The notes beneath the pieces were generated by a model that was given only the letters and a program-made list of their open reading frames with translations, did not search any database and was not told where the DNA came from. The translations under genes and the position numbers were made by a program. From the IMG/VR virus record IMGVR_UViG_3300010883_026915, positions 16,015-80,014 of that record: DNA of 64,000 bases; one strand, given 5' to 3'. This document shows positions 28,028 through 36,277 of the stretch, piece by piece (the stretch's first letter is position 1; each line of letters begins with the position of its first letter). Source of the stretch: a virus.

Positions 28028-30469
28028 ATGTCTAACATTAAAAAAAATCAATTAAAAAAACTTGAAAAAGTAGTAAATGTAAAAAAGCATACTGGAAATA
28101 TTGAAAGTGTTACCATTCCTGCAAGATTTCAGGTTGGATATGATGATGACGACTTTAGAAGTGGTGCACTTATACATGGTAATACACATGTTTGTGGAAG
28201 CATACAGGTAGAACAAAATAAATATTTAAACTTTGGCAATGTTATCGGTGAAGATAGCTACGGATTTAGAGATAATAATGGAACAGTGCAGTATAAAAAT
28301 AAGACCGTCGGTCTAAATCCTACTTCATGGATAACTTTTGGGTCAGCTGGAAATCCAGCAGGATCAAATACACAAGTTCAGTTTAATAATAATTCTTCAT
28401 TTGGTGCTGATTCTAACTTTACATTTAATAGCACTACAGATACACTTACTGTTACAAATTTATCTGCAGCTATGACAAACTTGCCAGACGGCTCTTCTTT
28501 TATTGCAGGTGGTTCAAATATAACAGTAGTTTCGGAGTCTAATGGTCGAATAACAATTTCATCACAAGCTGGCGGAGGCGCTTCACTTACTGTTGTATCA
28601 CAATCAGTTTCAGTATCCAGTGTAACTACATTGGCAGCATCAGACGGGTTTCTAGTTGTAAATGAGGGCTCTGGTAGAGCAGCTCTATCTGCTTCAATTG
28701 GTGTACCAGAGGACGGATCTTATGCTGATGGCCTCTTTACAGATTTCACTGCACAGACCAGACTTGGAATTGCAATTGATAGATTTAATGAAGTTCTTAA
28801 GGGGTTAGCACCTAGTGCAGCCCCGGGTTTAGACGATATGGACTCAGACAGTACCGGCACTAGTGCAAAGCTTAGTTTTGGCTCATCTCAGTCAATATCA
28901 GGATATACAAACACTCAACCTTCAACATTATCATCACCGGCTTCATCTCTATCTAATGTAGATATAAACGGATCGTATAGTTCAACTACAGTTAATAATG
29001 ATATAAGGGCAGCTTGCTTTAATAAAGGTACAACTATTGAAGGAACACTAAATGAAGATGTTACCGCAGACGGTGTAAATTATCCTGCAAACTCTTTTGG
29101 CGATGGAGATCAGGGAACACTTTATCTTTATATTAATAATAATACTAGTGAGAGTCACTCTTTAGACTTAAGCACTTTTGGTTCTGGAAATTCACTAACG
29201 GGAAACGGATCTGGGTTTATAAACCTAAGCTCAGCAAATTCAGGTCATTTTTCTGATGGAAGCAGCTTTACAACTTTTAAAAATAGAACAGGATCATTTA
29301 GAGTTTCAACAACAGATCAAAGAAATGGGTGGAACTATGTAAGAGTTTCTCACACAGTTGGATCATCTACTTCTACTTGCAACTTTACTGAATGGGTAAA
29401 TGATAACAATGGTGATGCTTTAGCAGCAGCTGGGTCAGCTCTAGATACACTTGCAATGTCAGGCTTGAATAGATTATCAGGTGCAAGATACAATACAGGA
29501 GGGACAGCTGTATACAGGGTAAGAGCAACAAATGCATACAAGAATATATACTCTACAAATACAATAACATTTAATGGAACAAATTGTACTTTATCATCTC
29601 AAGCATTTCCGATAATAGACTATGGATCTGGTGAAAGTGAATCTAAAATATTACACATTACACAGTCTGCTACTATAAATGCAGACCCTATTTTGAATTC
29701 ATCTATAACTGTTAGCTCAAACATCCCTCATCCTCTAAAATCTAATCTATCTTCAGCGGGCTCTGTTTCAGTAGCTGGAATACTTTTATATAATTTATCA
29801 AATACATCTACAGTTCTATCTGAAACATTTCGTACAGAATCATATAGAAAAATATCTGGAAGTTATGGAACTCAAGCTACTATCACAGACAATGCAAATA
29901 CTTGGAATTCTTCTAATCATATGAGCGGAACAAATACTGGACATACAGATGGATTGTTATTCTATAACTCAAGATTGTATGCACCAGTACAGGGCGCAGC
30001 TTCTGGAGATTTTAGAAATTCAGCTGATGGTGGATCTATAGCAAACGGCCCTAGTGATAATGTAAACTATAGTGGAATAAGTTCTGGAAAAAGAACATTT
30101 TATAGATATTTTCAAAATAATTCAGGAGGATCAAAGACAGATTTCGCATTAACTATTCAGGGCTCTGCCGCTATAGTTTCGCAAGGAACAAGTTTGGGAA
30201 CTGGTAATATATCTGCTCTAGTAAAAATCCCAACTACTTCTGGAAATCAATCTACAGGATGGATGGATATTTCACTATCTTTTTCAACTGGACAAACATC
30301 TGATGGTAATGGATGCCTTGTCGGATCTCTAGATAGCTCTCTGAATGCTACAAATAACGGAACATTTGGAACAGCCTTTGTTGCAGATAATGAGTATATA
30401 ATGCTAAAAATTGAAGCGGACGCCTCTTTTACAGGTTATATTAGCTCAATTAGTATATCGTGGTCATAG
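28028..30469 (+). CDS. Tail fibre/adhesin-like virion protein
   Basis: YGFRDNNGTVQYKN and GNPAGSNTQVQFNNNSSFGADSNFTFN are motifs typical of phage fibre proteins; S/G/T/N rich. Confidence 0.65.
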   Translation: MSNIKKNQLKKLEKVVNVKKHTGNIESVTIPARFQVGYDDDDFRSGALIHGNTHVCGSIQVEQNKYLNFGNVIGEDSYGFRDNNGTVQYKNKTVGLNPTSWITFGSAGNPAGSNTQVQFNNNSSFGADSNFTFNSTTDTLTVTNLSAAMTNLPDGSSFIAGGSNITVVSESNGRITISSQAGGGASLTVVSQSVSVSSVTTLAASDGFLVVNEGSGRAALSASIGVPEDGSYADGLFTDFTAQTRLGIAIDRFNEVLKGLAPSAAPGLDDMDSDSTGTSAKLSFGSSQSISGYTNTQPSTLSSPASSLSNVDINGSYSSTTVNNDIRAACFNKGTTIEGTLNEDVTADGVNYPANSFGDGDQGTLYLYINNNTSESHSLDLSTFGSGNSLTGNGSGFINLSSANSGHFSDGSSFTTFKNRTGSFRVSTTDQRNGWNYVRVSHTVGSSTSTCNFTEWVNDNNGDALAAAGSALDTLAMSGLNRLSGARYNTGGTAVYRVRATNAYKNIYSTNTITFNGTNCTLSSQAFPIIDYGSGESESKILHITQSATINADPILNSSITVSSNIPHPLKSNLSSAGSVSVAGILLYNLSNTSTVLSETFRTESYRKISGSYGTQATITDNANTWNSSNHMSGTNTGHTDGLLFYNSRLYAPVQGAASGDFRNSADGGSIANGPSDNVNYSGISSGKRTFYRYFQNNSGGSKTDFALTIQGSAAIVSQGTSLGTGNISALVKIPTTSGNQSTGWMDISLSFSTGQTSDGNGCLVGSLDSSLNATNNGTFGTAFVADNEYIMLKIEADASFTGYISSISISWS

Positions 30470-30477
30470 GTTTATAA

Positions 30478-31461
30478 ATGTCTTTATCTGATGCTAGTAA
30501 AATAAACATTTCAATAAAGAAGCTTAGCGGCAAAGCTCAAACATCAAATGATAAAGACCTTGCAAACGAAGGCCTGACATCAGGTATAACTATAACTTCA
30601 GAGACAGTATTTGGAGATGCTATATCTAAAGATCCATCAAATGTCGCACTATACAATATAACTAGCACATCTGTTGAGCTTATAAGATTTCAAGCATCGT
30701 TCATAGCTGGAACTGATACATCATCCGGAAGACATGGATTTGAGTTAAAGTTACCATCAGATTATGAGGAAAGCTCTTCAAATACAAAAGCAGGAACATA
30801 TCCGTTTACAAATAGTCAGTCAGTAAATATTACATCCGGTGCATTACAGCTCATTCCAACATCATTTGCCTCATCATATGAGGCAAAGCCATTTTATGGT
30901 GGCAGCGGCATAAAAAACTCTGGGACTCAAATTCCTATTTTAGACTCTAGAGACTGGTCATTAGATTTTTTTAATGGAGTATTCTTTCAACAAGACCCAC
31001 CAGGAACAGGTGATCATTCAAATAATCCTGACTACGTAGAGGCATTTTTGTATATAGGCTCTTTCGTAAGTGATAAAGTTCAAAATGTTGCAGCTGCAGA
31101 GTACGTTGTTACAGCACTTACAGGAACACTTACTAATGAAAAGCTTCTTACTGCAGGAACCGGAATATCAATAGCAACATCAAGTAATTCAGTTACTATT
31201 GCATCAGATGCATCACATTCAATAAGATCAAAATCTCACACAAGATTGACATCTTCGATATCAGCTGGTAGTGATTGTAACCTTTTAATAGACTTCTCTT
31301 CAGTATCATATAATATAAATAGAGTGGATGTATTAATAAATGGTCAACTGCTAGTAAGCGGAACAAATGAAGATTATATTCTAAATACTTCAAAAACAGG
31401 AAGTATTCAATTCGCTTTCGACCTATTTAAAGATGATACTGTAATAGCAACATTGGCATAG
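30478..31461 (+). CDS. Virion/fibre-associated protein
   Basis: AEYVV...LTNEKLLTAGTGISI fibre motif; C-terminal module shared with 31803-33641. Confidence 0.6.
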   Translation: MSLSDASKINISIKKLSGKAQTSNDKDLANEGLTSGITITSETVFGDAISKDPSNVALYNITSTSVELIRFQASFIAGTDTSSGRHGFELKLPSDYEESSSNTKAGTYPFTNSQSVNITSGALQLIPTSFASSYEAKPFYGGSGIKNSGTQIPILDSRDWSLDFFNGVFFQQDPPGTGDHSNNPDYVEAFLYIGSFVSDKVQNVAAAEYVVTALTGTLTNEKLLTAGTGISIATSSNSVTIASDASHSIRSKSHTRLTSSISAGSDCNLLIDFSSVSYNINRVDVLINGQLLVSGTNEDYILNTSKTGSIQFAFDLFKDDTVIATLA

Positions 31462-31470
31462 GAGCAAAAG

Positions 31471-31692
31471 TTGAAGAACAATTACGAAACATCAGATATA
31501 GGATTGTCTGCATACCTGATGCTCAAGGGCGCAAAGTTATTATCTGTTGACAAGGGAACATATGGCTATAAGATAGTATTTGATAATAGTAATGGTTCAT
31601 GCACACAGCATTCACTTGATTATGTAAATTCAGAATTTTTAAGATATGACATGTATTCAAAAAACTTAAGAGTTTTATTAAAAAATAAGTAG
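31471..31692 (+). CDS. Small protein, DUF5659-like
   Basis: YETSDIGLSAYLMLKG.KLL pattern; GGAG RBS before a TTG start. Confidence 0.55.
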   Translation: MKNNYETSDIGLSAYLMLKGAKLLSVDKGTYGYKIVFDNSNGSCTQHSLDYVNSEFLRYDMYSKNLRVLLKNK

Positions 31693-31802
31693 AAATTACA
31701 TAAGTTTCTAATATGTAATTACGTTGACTAGATTAGATTAAATTTGTAAATATTTGTTGTTTTCCTATAACACGGCTTTTTTAAATATAAAGGAGAACAA
31801 AA

Positions 31803-33641
31803 ATGCCTAATAGAACACAATTAAGACTGAACCAGATTACAGGTTCAGCAGTAGAAATAAAACCCACAGCACTCACACGAGGGTCAACTGCAGCACTTCT
31901 GGTAGCTGGTGACATATCAGGATCACTATCATATCTTGCTCAAGCAATTTCAAACATCCATGGTGGCGTTGAGTTTGGTAACTCACCAATTGGACAAATT
32001 AGTATACCAGACGGGACCAATGTAGACGTTGTATTGCAAAATATGGATACTGGCCAGAAAATACTTATTGACGCTAAGGGAACAGGCGCAGCAGGAGTAG
32101 ACATATTGTCTGGTAAGTCGATGGAGATAAAAGTACCTGATGCTGATGGTGTCATTGTAATGGGTAATGTTACTAAAGATACATACTTTAAACTTGTTTC
32201 ACACGCAACCCCGGCTAATGAGCTTGTTTCAGTGGTCAACTTAGCTGGTACTGCTGTATCAGATACAGCTGCTGCAGTTCAGGTTACTTCAGCTGCCGGA
32301 GCTGTTACTTTGAATGCTGGTGTAGCTGATGCAGCTGCTGTAAGAATCTTTTCTTCAAACGCTGCAGGTGGTGTGGATATTGATGCTGGAACAGGTGGTC
32401 TTACACTTGATTCAACTGGTATAGTCTCCATTGATGCTGCCGATGACCTGAACTTGACGGTCACGTCTGGCCAAGATGGTGAAGATCTAACCATCGCACA
32501 AATCGGCGGTAATGATTCATCTATCATTATAACTGCTGCTGGTACTGGTACCGATGCTATCGACATCAATGCTACTGCTGGTGACATGCTTATCGGTAAA
32601 GCTCTGCTTGATGGAAAGACGCTTAAGCTTGGTAAGAACGCTGCTGTTGAGATGGTTTTAGCTCCTCACGGCACTCCTACTAGTGAGGTTTTCTCTGTTA
32701 CAAACACAGGTGGTACTAATGACAACTGTATTGAGCTTGACGCGGTCGCTGGTGGTATTAAGCTAGAAGCAGCCAAGTCTATCCTTTTTGAATCAGAACA
32801 AGGCGAAGATGATGCAATTCAGATTTCGGCAACTAATGCTTCAGGTGGTATTCAATTAAAGGTAAACACCAATGTGCTAATGGAAGTCGATGCTGACCAA
32901 GTGGATTTCACTTCCACTGCTGCGACAGTTAATGTTGCTGGTCAGCTTAATGCTGATGCAACTACAGTATCTACTTCTAAGACAACTGGTGCTCTTGTTG
33001 TTGACGGTGGTGCTGGTATTGCTCTTGATCTCTTCGTTGGTGATGATATCTTTCTTAAATCTGACGGAGCAGCTATCTTCCTGGGTGATGGCAATGATGT
33101 CCAGATAGCACATAATGGCTTGACTGGTCTTAATGTTTCTTCAGCTGGTCCGGCAGTAGTGTCAGGTACTTTCATCGGCCTCTCGGGAGCTATTTCATTC
33201 TCTACTGATGGTGCAATGACTTCCGACCCAGCTGGGAATATGGCTTTTGGTGCATATTCTGACTTTATTACATTTAGATCACAAGGAATATTCAGCGCTG
33301 GTACAACAGTCGTTGGTGCTCTTAATGCTCTAGCTACAGCTGCTGGCGGTGGTTTTGTTGGAAAGCAACTGATAACATCTTCTGTTGATTCACCAGATAT
33401 ATTCTCATTGCAAACCCTTCAGAATACACCAGGTTTTACAACTGAGATAGATCTTTCTGAGGCCTCACCTGCAAATACAGAGCTCTATATTAACGGTCAG
33501 CTCTTAATGTCAGGATCAGTACTTGGAGCAAATGCAGACTATCTTGTATTCGGACATCAGAAGCCAGGATTGCTCAAGTTCGCATTCGATCTCGTTCAGC
33601 ACGATGTCCTTGTTATTAAGACAACATCAGAGCAGGGATAA
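31803..33641 (+). CDS. Abundant fibre-like virion protein with internal repeats
   Basis: Strong AAGGAG RBS, GCT/ACT/GGT-biased codons, own terminator; STSKTTGALVVDGGAGIA fibre motif. Confidence 0.7.
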   Translation: MPNRTQLRLNQITGSAVEIKPTALTRGSTAALLVAGDISGSLSYLAQAISNIHGGVEFGNSPIGQISIPDGTNVDVVLQNMDTGQKILIDAKGTGAAGVDILSGKSMEIKVPDADGVIVMGNVTKDTYFKLVSHATPANELVSVVNLAGTAVSDTAAAVQVTSAAGAVTLNAGVADAAAVRIFSSNAAGGVDIDAGTGGLTLDSTGIVSIDAADDLNLTVTSGQDGEDLTIAQIGGNDSSIIITAAGTGTDAIDINATAGDMLIGKALLDGKTLKLGKNAAVEMVLAPHGTPTSEVFSVTNTGGTNDNCIELDAVAGGIKLEAAKSILFESEQGEDDAIQISATNASGGIQLKVNTNVLMEVDADQVDFTSTAATVNVAGQLNADATTVSTSKTTGALVVDGGAGIALDLFVGDDIFLKSDGAAIFLGDGNDVQIAHNGLTGLNVSSAGPAVVSGTFIGLSGAISFSTDGAMTSDPAGNMAFGAYSDFITFRSQGIFSAGTTVVGALNALATAAGGGFVGKQLITSSVDSPDIFSLQTLQNTPGFTTEIDLSEASPANTELYINGQLLMSGSVLGANADYLVFGHQKPGLLKFAFDLVQHDVLVIKTTSEQG

Positions 33642-33676
33642 TAATTAACTGTCTAGAGTAATATCTAGTATTTTCT

Positions 33677-33710
33677 TGAGGGGTCCAGTTTAACTGGGCC
33701 CCTCATTTTT
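33677..33710 (+). terminator. Rho-independent terminator
   Basis: 13-bp stem TGAGGGGTCCAGT / ACTGGGCCCCTCA (one G-U pair), TTA loop, then TTTTT; 35 nt after the stop of 31803-33641. Confidence 0.9.
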
Positions 33711-33744
33711 ATTATAATATTATTAACCTCATGTTGGAGAAAAA

Positions 33745-34221
33745 ATGGATTTTGAATATTACCTTAATAATCTTTTAAAGCTATCAAGAGAGAGAAAACA
33801 AAAAATATCAAAAATGAGATCAGATGGTGCATACTATAAAAATGAAATAACAAAAAATATTAATGAAAATTTAAAAAAATATTTCAAAAGTGAAGACAGC
33901 ACCGCTGCAATATCACAAGTTATAACTGAGGTTCCAAACTATGTCGAAGATATAGTCGAGTCAGTAAAAATTGCAGATATTAGAGCATTAGAATCAATTA
34001 AGACAATTGAAATGGTAATTGCAGAATTTAGAAAATATAAAATTAAATATGAAGAAAGCAAGCCAGCTAAAGAAGAAAATAATATAAATTCAAAAGATAA
34101 AGATAAAAAAGATAAACCAAAGTCAATTAGAAATACAAAGTCTATAAAGCGAAAAGTTAGAGATATCGGCCAAAAACCAGTAGATAGAATAGCAGCAAGA
34201 AAAAATAAAAACACTGACTAG
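33745..34221 (+). CDS. Hypothetical protein with Lys-rich C-terminus
   Basis: 158-aa ORF with GGAG RBS. Confidence 0.65.
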   Translation: MDFEYYLNNLLKLSRERKQKISKMRSDGAYYKNEITKNINENLKKYFKSEDSTAAISQVITEVPNYVEDIVESVKIADIRALESIKTIEMVIAEFRKYKIKYEESKPAKEENNINSKDKDKKDKPKSIRNTKSIKRKVRDIGQKPVDRIAARKNKNTD

Positions 34222-34280
34222 TTTTAGATTTAATAATTTGCTTACCTATAGTCTCTAATATTTAAAAATGAGGTTTTACA

Positions 34281-34958
34281 ATGAGTAAGTCTGAAAAAAG
34301 GAATACTAGCAGAAAGCTAAGAAGAGCAAAATCAGAATTAAAGTACTTTATCAATCTATTGAATGATATGAGAGAAGAGAGTGATAATTATAATATAGAA
34401 TGGTACTCTGATTTTAATTTTATAGTAAAGGAACTCGATCTTTGTGATAGAGATAAGAAAGATTTAGAATATAAACATTTAGAAAAAATTACAAACAAAA
34501 AAATAAAAATAGAATCAATAGAAGCAATTGAAGAAAAGATTATAAATAATGAAAAACCAGATTGGGCAAAAAAGCTCTATAGAAAAATTGCTAAAACATC
34601 ACATCCTGATAAAACAATAGATACATATAATTCTAAAAAAATGAATGATATTTTTCAAAAAGCTTCAACAGCATTTAACAAAGAAGACTTTAACGTACTT
34701 ATAGAGATAGCTATAGATTTAGAAATTCAAGTAGAAATATCAAATAGAGATCTACTAGAAAAAGTAAACAAAAGAATAAAATCAGCAAAAAAAGATATAG
34801 CTGATATAGAAAATAGTCCTTACTGGCTGTGGGGCGAAAGCTTAGGTATGGATGATTTACGATTAACACTTTTAGAAAAAATTTTAAGTAATAAATTTTC
34901 AACAAAAGTTAAAAGAGAAAAAATTTTAAACGCACTGGGTGTTTTAAATAATACTTAG
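34281..34958 (+). CDS. J-domain (DnaJ-like) co-chaperone
   Basis: AKKLYRKIAKTSHPDK...MNDIFQKASTAF; HPD motif at 34602-34610. Confidence 0.75.
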   Translation: MSKSEKRNTSRKLRRAKSELKYFINLLNDMREESDNYNIEWYSDFNFIVKELDLCDRDKKDLEYKHLEKITNKKIKIESIEAIEEKIINNEKPDWAKKLYRKIAKTSHPDKTIDTYNSKKMNDIFQKASTAFNKEDFNVLIEIAIDLEIQVEISNRDLLEKVNKRIKSAKKDIADIENSPYWLWGESLGMDDLRLTLLEKILSNKFSTKVKREKILNALGVLNNT

Positions 34959-35031
34959 TATAAGGATAATAAGACAAATGTCAGCGTATAAATTCATCGT
35001 ATGTATATTTACTGTTAAGGAAAACTAAAAA

Positions 35032-36276
35032 GTGTCAGGAATTCTAGATTCAAAGAAGAGAGTTATAGATGCAGTTGTAACTCAAGAGGGTAAGCGGCAA
35101 ATATCACTAGGTGGTTTACGAGCTGTATATGCAACTGTTTCTGATAAATGTAGCTATTATGAGAAAGATATTGTAAGCGGATCCGCAGATGCAACAAAAA
35201 GAATATATTTTGAATCACCTATAGAAAATATAAATGATTCAATAACAATGGAAACAGATGACTCTGGTAAACTTCTTGGGTATCCTGTTAGAGGTGAAGC
35301 TTTTTATAATATCGACGGCGCTGTAGAGGGATTGTCCTCTATTAGTGGAACACTAGTGTTAGCTACAAATGATACAGCAACTGGCTTTGCATCTCTTGCA
35401 ACTGGAATTATAACTCAATCTCTTGATAGGTTTAGAAATCTAATGTCACTAGGCACAAGAGATTCAAATGAACCTGATAACTTAGCTACAAGGCTAAATA
35501 GAGATAACTATACGTTTACACTAACAAACAATTCACCGTTTTTTCAAGGAAAGCTAAAAGCAATAACAGATGTAGACTTTCTTGAACCACTATTTTTTGA
35601 TGAGAGATTGAGCAATGTTATAAATTTTAAATTTTTACCGCCTATAATAAAAGACTTAACAAAAAAAGAAAAGAAAGATCTAGACGTAAGAGGTAAAATT
35701 CCAAATAGGAAGAAATTTGGAAACTATACTAAGGTTAGCAGACCGTGGAAACTAACATACCAGGATATAATTAGACACTTAAATACACCGACAACAAATG
35801 ATGTAATACCTACAGGGGGAGTTCCAACTGTAATTACCCTTGAGACGCCTACCGGGTACACCATCGAGCCAGCGGAATTATTAGAAGAACCTACTGGAAG
35901 CCCAGATGCCGACGCAGACGCAGATTTCGATGCCGAAGATGATGAACCTAGTGAGCCATCACTTCCCTATGAGGCTCCTCCAAGCGAGTCTTATGATGGG
36001 TCTACTGTTCTTATAACTATGGATCAACCGTCTAGAGAAAGAGTGCCAGTTATCTTTAAGTCAACATCAAATACAAATAATTTAGTTATGCAACTTTTTG
36101 AACTTAACGAAACAGAAAATAAACTTAAAAAGCTAGACGTAATTGATTTCGGAATTGTTGAAGTCCCTAGTGATAAAAGACACCCTACAAAGCAGATATT
36201 CTTTGCAGGGAAAATATTTATAAATTCAATAAATTTACCATGTTACGTTAATTTATTTACAATTATTATGGATTAA
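35032..36276 (+). CDS. Virion protein, N-terminus paralogous to 45554-46270
   Basis: MSGILDSKKRVIDAVVTQEGKRQI versus MGFLDHSTNNVIIDAVLTDQGRKLL; internal Pro/acidic linker. Confidence 0.6.
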   Translation: MSGILDSKKRVIDAVVTQEGKRQISLGGLRAVYATVSDKCSYYEKDIVSGSADATKRIYFESPIENINDSITMETDDSGKLLGYPVRGEAFYNIDGAVEGLSSISGTLVLATNDTATGFASLATGIITQSLDRFRNLMSLGTRDSNEPDNLATRLNRDNYTFTLTNNSPFFQGKLKAITDVDFLEPLFFDERLSNVINFKFLPPIIKDLTKKEKKDLDVRGKIPNRKKFGNYTKVSRPWKLTYQDIIRHLNTPTTNDVIPTGGVPTVITLETPTGYTIEPAELLEEPTGSPDADADADFDAEDDEPSEPSLPYEAPPSESYDGSTVLITMDQPSRERVPVIFKSTSNTNNLVMQLFELNETENKLKKLDVIDFGIVEVPSDKRHPTKQIFFAGKIFINSINLPCYVNLFTIIMD

Positions 36277-36277
36277 A

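Noticed and set aside
28028-30469. Using this protein as evidence for the [ST]G[ST] sequon
   Set aside because: It is so S/T/G-rich overall that such tripeptides are expected by chance
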